The notes under the pieces: model-generated
What the model was told of the DNA's origin: nothing
Databases searched by the model: none
The model's input: the letters and a program-made list of their open reading frames with translations, nothing else
Part shown: positions 1 to 10,241 of the stretch, one piece after another
Numbering within the stretch: position 1 is the stretch's first letter
Layout: the number at the start of each line of letters is the position of its first letter
Program-made: the position numbers and the translations under genes
Origin: Actinomycetes bacterium
Lineage (GTDB): Bacteria > Actinomycetota > Acidimicrobiia > Acidimicrobiales > Bog-793
Assembly: GCA_021796535.1 (NCBI GenBank)
Contig: JAKABW010000002.1
Span: forward strand, 7,699-71,698
DNA length: 64,000 nucleotides
Reading direction: 5' to 3'

Positions 1-190
1 TTTTATTATCAATTTCTTATGATGCATCATAGATTACCAATATTAATACACTGATTGATAATAAATAAACCCTTCTAACTGGGATTTTGTTTGTATAGCG
101 TGTATGTCAGCTTATTTTGAAAACTCGATGCCACAAATCAATGAGTATTTATAAATACATATGCGTATTATGTATTTATAAATATCACTT

Positions 191-3100
191 TTAGCGATCA
201 GCGTCGGAGGATATTAATGTTTTCCTTTTTTTCAGTCGGAAAATTATAATTGCACAGCATATTATTATAAGAATGGACGCCGCGGACAGAATTATTCCCT
301 CGAGCAGTGCCGTCGGGGCGTACACAAGTTTTACCGTATAGTGTCCGGCGGGAATACTGATGCTGTCTATAAGCCCGAACTCTTTCACTGTTCGCACGAC
401 GGTGGAATGTGTCGTTGAAGATGTCAGATAGGCTTTCCATCCGGGTGCATACGCTTCGCTTACGATAAGTAATTGCTTGTGCTTGCTATTGACGGAATAC
501 CGTGGACTCAGCGCACCCGGAGAACTTATCAATTTCACTGTTCCGTTTTTTATCCCGGCTTTTTGCAGAAGGCTATGGGATTCGGGGGATATGCTTTTGC
601 CGTCCTGGAGCCAGGCCAAGCCGTTGTTGTCGCTGTTGACAAAGATCGAAAATCCTTCCAAAACCCCGGCAAATGCCCACTGTTTGGGATTCAGGTTGCC
701 TTCCAGGGAGCCGTCTGTCAGAAAACGGGTGTCCGGCTTTTTGGTGACCACCACCACGGCTCCCACGATAAGGGTCTGTGAGGAGTCGTCGGAAATCTTG
801 ATGGCGTTTGCCTGTGTCGGCGTAAACGTGATGTGTACTTCTCTGTCAAATACGGGTTGGGTGACGCTGGGCAGAAAATGTCTGGCGCGCATGCCGGTTC
901 TGTAGTGAACCCCCTGGCTGTTGTTGGCGGAGTAAAGAGTGCCTATGGTGGTGTCGGCTATTATTTTGCCCGGCGCCACTCCGATCGTAATGTTTTTTGT
1001 CGAGATGTTGTCGGTGACGACGGTAACCCTTCTGACGGTATGGACATAGGGCAAGAAGAAAATTTTATTGGTGTGAGGTCTGATAACAATGGGGCCGGTG
1101 GCTCCGGGAGCGGGAGCGGGGGCGTCGGCCGTCGGTCCGGGAAGACCCGTGGCGGTGACCGGCGCTCCTCCCGAAACGGGAATGGCGCTGTAGGGGGGAA
1201 TGTCTTCGCCGAAAGAGATGGGAGCGGCCATCATGGTTTTAAGATTCAGATAGTTATAGACGTTGCCGTCCAATTCCGTTGCCTGAAGGCCTTCCAACCG
1301 GTGCGTGTTGGTAATGTTTTGATAGTCGGTGCCCACCGCCGAACCGTACCCCTGGATTGAGAGCAGGTTTTGCCAGATGTTGATGTCGGGGATGCCGAGT
1401 TGGCCGGTGGCGTCGGGGTAGGCGCCGGGCGAAAAGAAAGTCTGGTTGTAAAGGGCGGTTCTTCCCCCTCTTCCGGTGATGCTGGCCACGGCTTTTGTGA
1501 CGGGGGAATTCTTGGTGATCGAAGCCAAATCAAAGGTTTGGTATCCGGTAAATGCCGGATATATCCCGAGGTCGGCGACAAGCAAAACGAAAAGTACGGC
1601 GTTGCGCCAGTTGTATTTCAGCTTCCAGCCGAACAACAGGTATGCGGTTATCAAAACGGCGATGATGAGCGTCGGAATCAGGTAAGGATCCAAAGCGTCG
1701 TAAAAGCCGGCCGTGCGTACATGAAGGGAGATCTTTTTTTCAAATGTCAAAGGGGCAGCGTAAGCAAAAATAATGAAGGCGATTGAAGAGATAAGCGGCA
1801 GAACGGACAGAATCCTTTGCAGCCGTGTGGCAAGGGATGCGGGCGTTGCATTCCGGGCCGCCGTCGGGGCGCTTGTCTCCGGCAATTTTTTTGTGATGTG
1901 GTCGTCTATAAAAAATGCCAGCAAAATACTGAGAGAAAGGTCGATCAATTCGGCGTTTCTGTTTTGCAGCCTCTCTCCCCCGAACAAAGGCACGTGAAAC
2001 AGGAGGTGTCCGATCGCCGTGTATTCTCCCATGGTGAGGAAAAGACCGATCACTCCGATCAAATACCATACTCCTAGCGGTCTGTGGTAGTGGGTTATGC
2101 TTTTTTTCGGCTCTCTTTTTTTCAGAAGTTTTACCAATTTCCGGAATTGTCTGGACAGTAATTGTTTGATAAGGAGCGGAAGATAGGAAAAAGCCGCGGC
2201 CAAGGCAATAAAACCCATACCTATCGTTACTTCCGGCAAGTTGTAGTTTCCCTGATAAGTGGGGGTGCCGAAATTGGTGGAAGTGCCGTTTATATAAGGC
2301 AGGGCCAGATGCATGCCTATGCGCAGTATCGACAGCGACCCCTGTGAGTAAACGCTGTAGTTGTAATTTGAGCGCGACGAAGTATGAAGGAAGGACAATC
2401 CCGGCAGCCATTGCACGGCCGATAAACCGGCGCCCAGAAGGGACCCAACGGCGGCATAAGTCGCAAGAAGTATGCGTTTACGGAGTTTTTTTACCCTGGC
2501 GAGAAGGACGATCAGGTAGACGGCTGCCGCTATGGCGCCGGTGGTGATGGCGCGGGGGTCTCCGGACAGTACGGTAGAGGCGCTCGAGAAGGCTATCAAC
2601 AGCGCCCAGCCCAACCTTTTGTGGGTTGTCTCTGCTTTGGCGAGCATGTCAATGCCCAAAAGCAGCCAAGGCAAGAAGGAGGTACCTTCAACCAGGCCGA
2701 TATGCACCTGTTGGCCGAGAAAAAATCCGGTGTAGGTAAAAGCCACGGCCCCGCAAAAAGCCGCGACGGAGGAAGTTTTCAGGTTTCTTATGAATACGTA
2801 AGCGCCTATTCCGGCAACGGAAGATGCGAGGGCAAGGTTGAGGGTCCAGGCTATTATCGGACTGAAAATGAGAAAAAGGAATTCTCCCGGATAAAGGGCA
2901 CCGGCGTTCCAGCCGGCGAGAAGTGGAGTGCCGCTCCAGTCATACGGATTCCATGACGGCAGACGACCTCTGCCTATTTGCTGTCCGGCCAGTACCCGGA
3001 GGGGAAAGTTTTGGTTGAAATTATCACCCTGTACGAGGGGGTGTCCCGCCAAAGCAAGCGCGAGGTCGATTAAAATGGGCACAAGCCCAAGCAGCAAGAC

Positions 3101-3232
3101 CGCTAGCAGGTCCGCTTGGGAGATGTGCTTGTTGTTGTTCGTTTCCGAAGCGGGAGACAATCTTTTCAGAATTTTCACAGCAAACCTTTGTTGTAATGTT
3201 TTTATATCGAACGAGTGACGGAAGGCACTCAT
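191..3232 (-). CDS. YfhO-family polytopic membrane glycosyltransferase (GT-C fold)
   Basis: 1013 aa with many TM segments; N-terminal LPSWNPYDWSGTPLLA..ALYP and C-terminal SEAYAPGWKA..IPAGHYTVKLVYAP motifs typical of YfhO proteins. Confidence 0.8.
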   Translation of the reverse strand: MSAFRHSFDIKTLQQRFAVKILKRLSPASETNNNKHISQADLLAVLLLGLVPILIDLALALAGHPLVQGDNFNQNFPLRVLAGQQIGRGRLPSWNPYDWSGTPLLAGWNAGALYPGEFLFLIFSPIIAWTLNLALASSVAGIGAYVFIRNLKTSSVAAFCGAVAFTYTGFFLGQQVHIGLVEGTSFLPWLLLGIDMLAKAETTHKRLGWALLIAFSSASTVLSGDPRAITTGAIAAAVYLIVLLARVKKLRKRILLATYAAVGSLLGAGLSAVQWLPGLSFLHTSSRSNYNYSVYSQGSLSILRIGMHLALPYINGTSTNFGTPTYQGNYNLPEVTIGMGFIALAAAFSYLPLLIKQLLSRQFRKLVKLLKKREPKKSITHYHRPLGVWYLIGVIGLFLTMGEYTAIGHLLFHVPLFGGERLQNRNAELIDLSLSILLAFFIDDHITKKLPETSAPTAARNATPASLATRLQRILSVLPLISSIAFIIFAYAAPLTFEKKISLHVRTAGFYDALDPYLIPTLIIAVLITAYLLFGWKLKYNWRNAVLFVLLVADLGIYPAFTGYQTFDLASITKNSPVTKAVASITGRGGRTALYNQTFFSPGAYPDATGQLGIPDINIWQNLLSIQGYGSAVGTDYQNITNTHRLEGLQATELDGNVYNYLNLKTMMAAPISFGEDIPPYSAIPVSGGAPVTATGLPGPTADAPAPAPGATGPIVIRPHTNKIFFLPYVHTVRRVTVVTDNISTKNITIGVAPGKIIADTTIGTLYSANNSQGVHYRTGMRARHFLPSVTQPVFDREVHITFTPTQANAIKISDDSSQTLIVGAVVVVTKKPDTRFLTDGSLEGNLNPKQWAFAGVLEGFSIFVNSDNNGLAWLQDGKSISPESHSLLQKAGIKNGTVKLISSPGALSPRYSVNSKHKQLLIVSEAYAPGWKAYLTSSTTHSTVVRTVKEFGLIDSISIPAGHYTVKLVYAPTALLEGIILSAASILIIICCAIIIFRLKKRKTLISSDADR

Positions 3233-3417
3233 GACACATTCTTTTATACTAGTAAAAAAGCAAGAATGAAATTATTGATATGGATAATTTGTGCAAATAT
3301 CATTGTTTGATATAGGCAACTATTTATAAATTATGCAAAAATCATACTGGAATAATCCTTTTATGACGGAGTGGTACCCATGAAATCATTAGGAAATGAA
3401 AGAAAAATATTTAAATA

Positions 3418-4062
3418 ATGGTCAGCACTATTGTAAATCACTTATTGCATTTTGGTGGAGTTTATGCATATTTAATTATCGGTTTGTTATGTTTTGGTGA
3501 AACGGCCCTCTTCTTGGGCTTCGTTTTGCCCGGTGAAACGGCGGTGGTTTTGGGCGGGGTATTGGCCCAAAGGCATCAGGTAAACCTGCTTCTCATGCTT
3601 GCTCTGGTCGCCGTTGCGGCTGTTTCCGGCGACAGCGTCGGTTATTTTATCGGTTATATTTTGCGTGCCAAATTGCAAAACCGTAAATTTATGCAACGCC
3701 GGAACGTAAAAAAGACCATCTTGTTTATAAACAATAAAGGGGCTTGGGCGGTATTTATAGGAAGGTTTATGGCTGTATTCAGAACTTTGGTGCCCGGTCT
3801 TGCCGGTGTTTCCGAAATGCGGTACAGAAAATTTCTGCTGGCAAACGTTATGGGCGGACTTATCTGGGCGATAGGTTATTGCGTTGCCGGTTATTTGCTG
3901 GGCAGTTCTTACGAAAAAGTGTTGAACGGGGCCGGGATAGCTTCTTACGCCTTGATTGCCTTATTTTTTGTCCTCCTGCTGGTCTTTCTGTTTTGGAGGA
4001 GAACCAGGGAACGGAAACTGCTTGCTTCGCTTTCGGATGAGGACGGGACGGATCGGGGCTGA
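3418..4062 (+). CDS. DedA family membrane protein
   Basis: ETALFLGFVLPGE, GDSVGYFIG and GRFMAVFRTLVPGLAG..M.YRKF motifs. Confidence 0.92.
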   Translation: MVSTIVNHLLHFGGVYAYLIIGLLCFGETALFLGFVLPGETAVVLGGVLAQRHQVNLLLMLALVAVAAVSGDSVGYFIGYILRAKLQNRKFMQRRNVKKTILFINNKGAWAVFIGRFMAVFRTLVPGLAGVSEMRYRKFLLANVMGGLIWAIGYCVAGYLLGSSYEKVLNGAGIASYALIALFFVLLLVFLFWRRTRERKLLASLSDEDGTDRG

Positions 4063-4121
4063 AAGCGGCTTTTTGACCGGAGAAATCGGATCTTGAGCGT
4101 CAAGGCGCTTTGATATTTATC

Positions 4122-4152
4122 ACTAATCTTGACTTGTTAAGTCATAATTAGT
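4122..4152. promoter_or_regulatory. Palindromic operator candidate upstream of the peroxiredoxin gene
   Basis: ACTAAT-ct-TGACTT-gtt-AAGTCA-ta-ATTAGT; 12 of 15 symmetric positions pair; extended -10-like TGcTATATT at 4161-4169. Confidence 0.45.
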
Positions 4153-4293
4153 CCGGAAGATGCTATATTGTAAATAATGGCTTTTTACTCCACGGTTGTA
4201 ATGTCAAGCTGTTTTGAAAAGCCAGCTTAAGACAGTAAATACATTCATCAAATATCTGCCTCCCGGGCAAAGATAAGGATAAGGAGTTTGGTT

Positions 4294-4929
4294 ATGGCAC
4301 TGAGACTGGGTACGCAAGCCCCCGATTTTACGGCTGAGACTACTGAAGGCACAATAAATCTTTACGACTACATCGGAGACAGCTGGGCCATTCTGTTTTC
4401 GCACCCCAAAGATTTCACCCCCGTCTGCACGACGGAATTGGGTGAAGTGGCCAGGCTGAAAAGTGAGTTCGACAGGCGGAACACGAAAGTTTTGGGACTT
4501 TCCGTCGATCCGCTTGATTCCCACCGGGCCTGGGTCTCCGATATCGGCGAAGTATCGGGTTATCCTCTGAATTATCCGCTGATAGCGGATCCCGACCGCA
4601 AGATAGCGGACGCCTATGACCTGATTCATCCGGGCATAAGCGACACCACGACAGTCAGGACGGTCTATGTAATAGGTCCGGACAAAAAAATTAAATTGGA
4701 AATAACTTATCCGCAGACAGCCGGGCGCAACTTCGAAGAAATTTTGCGTGCTCTGGATTCTCTGCAGTTGAGCGCCGATTATCAGGTTTCCACGCCTGTC
4801 AACTGGAAGTACGGCCAAGATGTGATCATAGCCACCTCCGTGACCAATGAGGAAGCGGAAACCAAGTTCCCGAAAGGCTTTAAGTCCGTCAAGCCTTACC
4901 TGCGTATAACACCCCAGCCGAACCTGTAA
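4294..4929 (+). CDS. 1-Cys peroxiredoxin (Prx6 subfamily)
   Basis: FSHPKDFTPVCTTE and YPQTAGRNFEEILR motifs; ATG 4294 follows AAGGAG at 4281-4286. Confidence 0.95.
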   Translation: MALRLGTQAPDFTAETTEGTINLYDYIGDSWAILFSHPKDFTPVCTTELGEVARLKSEFDRRNTKVLGLSVDPLDSHRAWVSDIGEVSGYPLNYPLIADPDRKIADAYDLIHPGISDTTTVRTVYVIGPDKKIKLEITYPQTAGRNFEEILRALDSLQLSADYQVSTPVNWKYGQDVIIATSVTNEEAETKFPKGFKSVKPYLRITPQPNL

Positions 4930-4998
4930 GCACGAATAAAACGTTTTGTGCGCGTGTCGCGGCATTTATAAGGGGACACCGCCAAAGAGACTGTTTTG

Positions 4999-5040
4999 AT
5001 CCGGGTTGGAGAGATATTGTCTTTCCAACCCGGATTTTTT
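4999..5040 (+). terminator. Intrinsic terminator after peroxiredoxin
   Basis: Stem ATCCGGGTTGGAGAGA / TCTTTCCAACCCGGAT followed by a T tract. Confidence 0.85.
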
Positions 5041-5216
5041 ACACAAAGCCCCAAAGAAGCAAAATCAGTATTTTTTTATCCTTGCGGTAAATATTGTCGT
5101 TTTCCAACTTGATAAGGTTGTGAATAATACTATTGACGTATAAGAAAATCTATGGCGGCTGTTGTTTTGGATATGGTTAAATACGGATCAACCGGTTATA
5201 TCGATCAGGGGAATAA

Positions 5217-6608
5217 GTGAAGCAAAACTTGTTCAAAAAATTACCGGCTCTGTCGTTTAATCTTTCGCCGACCGCCTTAGATGCAGTCCTATACGCTGCG
5301 TCGGCCGTATTTGCCGCTTTGACGGTCCTGACGGCCGTCTCCTCCGACTACAGGATATGGGGTATCATCTCCGGATTTGCTTACCTCGCCGGTTTTACGG
5401 CTTCGGTATTGCTGAAAAGTTTTGTGTTCAAATCCTCCAAAGACGTTTTGACTGGCGGAGAAAGTGAGCATTTTCCCGGAGACAAAAAATCGCCTGCCGA
5501 CCCCGTCGGCCTCCGGGTAAAAAGGATGAATTTTTTTCGTTACCTGATCATGATCTTTGTTTTTCTGACGTCGTTGGTTCTTCCTTTGACGGCGGAGCTT
5601 ATTTTCAGCGCTCACGCCAATCCCGGAGCAAATGCCCAATCGGAAGTGGCCGTAATCGAACGGGCAGGAGACCGCCTTATGGCGGGCCGCAATTTGTATT
5701 TGAAAAGGCCGACCTCTGTCGGCGTGTCGCCCCACTCCGATGCCAAAAGCATCGATGCCACTTCGTATTTTCCCTACTTGCCGACCATGGCGCTTTTCGG
5801 CGTTCTCAACTCTTCTTCTTTGCCTCCGGAATTCGGTGATGCCAGATTTCTGCTCTCTCTTTTTACGGTTTTGGCGGCTGTTTTTGCCATCGGGAACTTT
5901 GACATTCCTTTTGAAGGAAAGGCCAGGGTATTTCAGATATTTTTGGTGCTTCCGGTCGGTGCGCTGCCTCTCGTGACGGGAGGAGACGATTTGCCTGTTC
6001 TTGTCATGATGTTGCTGGGTCTGGTGTTGGCGGCCCGCAAAAAGCCCTTGGCCGCCGGTCTGGTTATGGGAATAGCATCGACTCTGAAATTTACCTCTTG
6101 GCCTTTGGTGTTTTTGATGTGCTTTGTGATCAGGGATAGAAACGGCGACAGATCTTACGGGAAGTTTCTGTCCGCCGTTATGCTTGTTTTGCTGCCGGTT
6201 TTGGTCATCGGAATTTTGCCTGATCCGGGTGCATTCGTAACCAATGTCGTGCGTTTTCCTCTGGGGCTTTCAAAAATTTCTTCTCCCGCCGCAAGTCCGT
6301 TGCTGGGTCAGGTTTTGGTGAGTATTTTTCCGGGCGAGAAAAAAGCCATTACCTACCTGCTGCTTTTTGTGGGGGTGGCGGCGGTGGCGGCCGCTTTTTA
6401 TAAATACAGACCGAAAACGGTTGCGGATGCCGCCAAATTTGCCGGCTTCGTCATGTTTCTGGCTACCATTCTGGCTCCGGCCACCAGGTTTGGCTATCTG
6501 ATTTACCCCGTCAATTTATTCGTCTGGGGGTATTTCTTGTCGCCTCGTGCCGGGGGAAAGGATGCTTCTTTGTCGGAGGAAAATCAGCTGGCGTCGTTGA
6601 TTTCGTAG
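5217..6608 (+). CDS. Glycosyltransferase family 87-like (DUF2029) membrane protein
   Basis: Polytopic; YFPYLP, GGDDLPV, GIASTLKFTSWP and PATRFGY motifs. Confidence 0.7.
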   Translation: MKQNLFKKLPALSFNLSPTALDAVLYAASAVFAALTVLTAVSSDYRIWGIISGFAYLAGFTASVLLKSFVFKSSKDVLTGGESEHFPGDKKSPADPVGLRVKRMNFFRYLIMIFVFLTSLVLPLTAELIFSAHANPGANAQSEVAVIERAGDRLMAGRNLYLKRPTSVGVSPHSDAKSIDATSYFPYLPTMALFGVLNSSSLPPEFGDARFLLSLFTVLAAVFAIGNFDIPFEGKARVFQIFLVLPVGALPLVTGGDDLPVLVMMLLGLVLAARKKPLAAGLVMGIASTLKFTSWPLVFLMCFVIRDRNGDRSYGKFLSAVMLVLLPVLVIGILPDPGAFVTNVVRFPLGLSKISSPAASPLLGQVLVSIFPGEKKAITYLLLFVGVAAVAAAFYKYRPKTVADAAKFAGFVMFLATILAPATRFGYLIYPVNLFVWGYFLSPRAGGKDASLSEENQLASLIS

Positions 6609-7231
6609 ATGGTAATTTTTGCCGTGGTGTATGAGCCGTTTTCCGACGAGCCGGCCAATGCGGGGGAAATCGTCGGATTGGATTTGGTTATCACTATGCC
6701 TATTCCCCAGTAGAAGCTGTCCGAAGAAGGGATTTTGGAAAGCAGTTCAACGCCTCCTCCACTGGGAGGGGCGTATACGTTGGGCAGAGACCAGCCGTCG
6801 TGGACAAGTTCCACTTTGAAAAATTGTTCCACCTGTTTTGGTGAAGCCGGTATGGATAGAGTCAGGCCGGCGTTGAAAAGGGACAATTTGGAGGGTTTCC
6901 TGACTGCCTTGACGGCAGAGCCTACCGGAATGACGATATTGGAGGTGACATCTGTCGGCGGTTGCTGCGATCTTTTGACTTTGTTTATGGCAAACGCCGA
7001 GGATTCGCCCGCCAGCGGTTCTCCTTTTAGTTTTCCCAGAACAGCAGAGTTTTTGCTGCTTGCGGAGCTGCCGGTAAAGGCAAGCATGCCTCCCAGTACG
7101 GTAATTACGGCGGCCAGCGCCAATACTATTAAAGCCGGCCCCGGTTTTGGCTGGCGGAAACCGGTCACAACTTTTGATGCATGTCCGATCGTTTTGTTTT
7201 CTTCGGCCTTGGCCGTTTGCGTGTCGCTCAT
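6584..7231 (-). CDS. Hypothetical single-pass membrane/exported protein
   Basis: 215 aa with one N-terminal hydrophobic helix; AGGA upstream of ATG; 25-bp convergent overlap with the GT87-like gene. Confidence 0.7.
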   Translation of the reverse strand: MSDTQTAKAEENKTIGHASKVVTGFRQPKPGPALIVLALAAVITVLGGMLAFTGSSASSKNSAVLGKLKGEPLAGESSAFAINKVKRSQQPPTDVTSNIVIPVGSAVKAVRKPSKLSLFNAGLTLSIPASPKQVEQFFKVELVHDGWSLPNVYAPPSGGGVELLSKIPSSDSFYWGIGIVITKSNPTISPALAGSSENGSYTTAKITIYEINDAS

Positions 7232-7430
7232 ATTCCTGTTTTTATCTTATCTTAATTTGAGCCCGATCCGGATACGGGATTTGTCGGCAACGCCGCGTGT
7301 CGGCGGCCCCGGTTTTGCCGGTCCGCGCGAGCGGCGGGATCTCGGGCGTAAAAAAGTATCTTGTGCCTCTCAACGCGTGTCCATTTGTTTTTTGGAATGC
7401 ATTTATGCGGTTAAACTGTTAAAATATTAT

Positions 7431-9806
7431 ATGGTCAAAAGCGGCAATTATGTAAGCGGAGGCGTTGCGGAGGAAAGTAAAATCGCAATTCGCGACGAAA
7501 ATCATGACGGAGAAGTTGCCGAATCCGGCAGAGACCGGCCTGTTGCGCCACAGGTTGCAATAACCGACCAGGAAGAGGCTTTCCGCCTGTGTGAACAAAC
7601 CGTGAGCGGGTTGGAAGAAAAATTGGCTGCACGCGACGGTTCGGAATCAAAAACCCTTATTGCGGCGGCTTATCAGACGGCAAAATCTGCTCATGCCGGG
7701 CAATTCCGTCTTACCGGTGAGCCGTATGTGTCGCATTCGGTGGCCGTGGCAAAGATAGTCGCCGATCTTGGGCTCGATACGTCGAGCGTCGTGGCCGCAT
7801 TGCTGCACGACGTCATAGAAGATACCGAAGTCACAAAAGAAGAAATAGAAAGAGATTTCGGTTCCGTCGTGGCGGAATTGGTGGACGGAGTAACCAAACT
7901 GGACAGACTGCACTTTTCTTCAAAAGAAGCGCAGCAAGCCGCCACCGTGCGGAAAATGCTGGTTTCCATGGCCAAGGACTGGCGGGTACTGGTCATCAAG
8001 CTGTGCGACAGGATGCACAACATGAGAACGATATCGGCCATGCCGGAATGGAAGCAACAGCGCACGGCCAGACAAACTATGGATATCTACGCCCCTTTGG
8101 CTCACCGGCTGGGCATGGAGGAAATCAAATCCGAACTCGAAGATCTCTCTTTTAAGACTTTGCACCCAAAACGCTATCTCGAAATCGAGCAAATGGTATC
8201 CATGAGGACACCGAGGCGCGCGGCGGAACTGGAACACGTGCTGGCCATCGTCAAAGGCAGACTTGCCGCCTTGAATATAGCGGGTGTCGTGAGCGGCAGA
8301 CCAAAGCACCTCTGGAGCATCTATGAAAAGATGGTGGTACGCGGCAAAGAATTCAACGAAATTTATGATTTGATCGGGATAAGGATTATCGTCGAAAGTG
8401 AAAAAGACTGTTGGGCGGCTCTCGGCTCCGTCCACTCCCTTTGGACCCCCGTTCCCGGGCGCTTTAAGGACTATATCAACCAACCGAAATTTAATCTTTA
8501 CCAATCCCTTCACACCACTGTCGTCGGTCCCGGCGGCAAGCCGGTAGAAATTCAAATCCGGACCGAAGAGATGCACAGGAGGGCTGAGTACGGCATAGCG
8601 GCTCACTGGGAATACAAAGAAACCCCCGCCGCCAAAAACAGCCAGGAAACCCAGAAGGAGATGGCTTGGCTCAACCGCATTGCTGACCTGGACCGCTATA
8701 TCTCGGATCCGATTGAGTTTTTGGAAAGCCTGAAACTGGATCTGCAACAGGACGAGGTGTTTGTGTTTACGCCCAAAGGCGCCATAGTGACCCTGCCGGC
8801 CAATACCACTCCGGTTGACTTCGCGTATGCCATCCATACGGAGATAGGGCACAGGTGTGTGGGCGCCAGGGTGGACGGAAGGCTCGTTTCCCTTGACACC
8901 AAACTCAAATCGGGTCAAACTGTTGAAATATTCACCTCCAAATTGGAAAACGCCGGACCGAGCAGAGACTGGTTGTCGATCGTGGTCTCTCCCAGGGCGC
9001 GCAACAAAATACGTCAGTGGTTTTCCAAGGAGCGCAGGGAAGACGCCATTGAGGCCGGCAGGGAAGAACTCACCAAGGCGTTGCGCAGGGAAGGCTTGCC
9101 GGTGCAAAAATTTTTGACACCCACCGGCCTTGCCTCGATAATTTCAGCGATGGGTTATGACAATCTGGAGAGTCTGCTGGCCGCCATAGGGGAGGGGCAT
9201 CACTCCGGTCTGGGTATAGTACAGCGGATAGAGCGTGAAATGTCTCCCGACCCGGCGGAGAACACCTCGACGCTGGCCGTAAAAAGTCCGCACATGACGG
9301 GCGGCAGGGTGACGGCGAAGGACTCTCTGACAAAACAACACCGCAGCGTATATGTGGAGGGTCTGGATGACATAGTCGTGAGACTGTCCAAATGCTGTTC
9401 CCCGGTGCCGGGAGATCCCATCATAGGTTTTGTGACAAGGGGGCACGGTGTCTCCGTACACAGGGACGGTTGTGTGAATGCCCAGGTTTTGGCGGCAGAA
9501 CGCGGCGAAAGACTGATAGAAGTGGAATGGGGGGCGGAAAAAGAGGGCATCTTCTTGTCCCAGATAGAAATAAAAGGTCTGGACAGATCAAACTTGTTGG
9601 CCGACGTCACCAGAGTTTTGGCCGAACATCACGTCGGGATAGTGTCTTCTTCCTCACAGCTCAATCAATCGCGTGTGTCGTTGATGAAATTTGAGGGAGA
9701 ATTCGCCGATACTTTACATCTGGAATCGGTGCTGACCGCCATCCGTCAGATAGAAGGGGTATATGACGCTTACAGATCGTTTTCGTCATCGCAGCAAAGA
9801 CACTGA
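7431..9806 (+). CDS. relA: Bifunctional (p)ppGpp synthetase/hydrolase Rel
   Basis: HD domain (AHAGQFR, LLHDVIED), synthetase (GRPKH, DLIGIR, YQSLHT, EIQIRT), TGS (TPVDFAY), CC (SKCCSP), ACT; start placed at ATG 7431 after TGtTAAAAT. Confidence 0.95.
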   Translation: MVKSGNYVSGGVAEESKIAIRDENHDGEVAESGRDRPVAPQVAITDQEEAFRLCEQTVSGLEEKLAARDGSESKTLIAAAYQTAKSAHAGQFRLTGEPYVSHSVAVAKIVADLGLDTSSVVAALLHDVIEDTEVTKEEIERDFGSVVAELVDGVTKLDRLHFSSKEAQQAATVRKMLVSMAKDWRVLVIKLCDRMHNMRTISAMPEWKQQRTARQTMDIYAPLAHRLGMEEIKSELEDLSFKTLHPKRYLEIEQMVSMRTPRRAAELEHVLAIVKGRLAALNIAGVVSGRPKHLWSIYEKMVVRGKEFNEIYDLIGIRIIVESEKDCWAALGSVHSLWTPVPGRFKDYINQPKFNLYQSLHTTVVGPGGKPVEIQIRTEEMHRRAEYGIAAHWEYKETPAAKNSQETQKEMAWLNRIADLDRYISDPIEFLESLKLDLQQDEVFVFTPKGAIVTLPANTTPVDFAYAIHTEIGHRCVGARVDGRLVSLDTKLKSGQTVEIFTSKLENAGPSRDWLSIVVSPRARNKIRQWFSKERREDAIEAGREELTKALRREGLPVQKFLTPTGLASIISAMGYDNLESLLAAIGEGHHSGLGIVQRIEREMSPDPAENTSTLAVKSPHMTGGRVTAKDSLTKQHRSVYVEGLDDIVVRLSKCCSPVPGDPIIGFVTRGHGVSVHRDGCVNAQVLAAERGERLIEVEWGAEKEGIFLSQIEIKGLDRSNLLADVTRVLAEHHVGIVSSSSQLNQSRVSLMKFEGEFADTLHLESVLTAIRQIEGVYDAYRSFSSSQQRH

Positions 9807-10241
9807 CGTTTTTGCCGGACCTTTGAACATACTGCATACTATCTGTCATAATTTATATTGTTTTGAGCAATATTACGGTTGTAAAAATTTTCTTTCCCGG
9901 ATGGCTCCCCCGCTCTCCTTATAGTATATTTCGGTTATGCTCATCAATCGAGAATTGATGCATACAATATATATATTGATTCAAAGCTGAATGCATTTGC
10001 AAAACGATGTAAGTATGTGAACGCTACTCATCCCTGTCTTTTGCTATGCTTGTTAGGATTTTTGTTTAAGCAGGCCCCGGAGGAGAAATTGAAAAAGCTA
10101 TCGCCAAATAACAGGCATATCGAGAACCTTGCCGCTGTATTGGGAGCCGACAGGCACAGCCGAGCGGTTGCCGCAGGACTGTGTGCTCTGGGGGATATCG
10201 GAATATTATCCGGGGATCTTTTTGGAGTCAAAAGATCTTTC

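Noticed and set aside
5119-5127. Single perfect DnaA box (TTATTCACA on the minus strand)
   Set aside because: An isolated 9-mer in an AT-rich spacer is expected by chance; no origin context
6735-7430. 232-aa N-terminal extension of Rel in the ORF track
   Set aside because: It is mostly the antisense of the 6584-7231 gene; a promoter-like element and ATG at 7431 give a normal-length Rel
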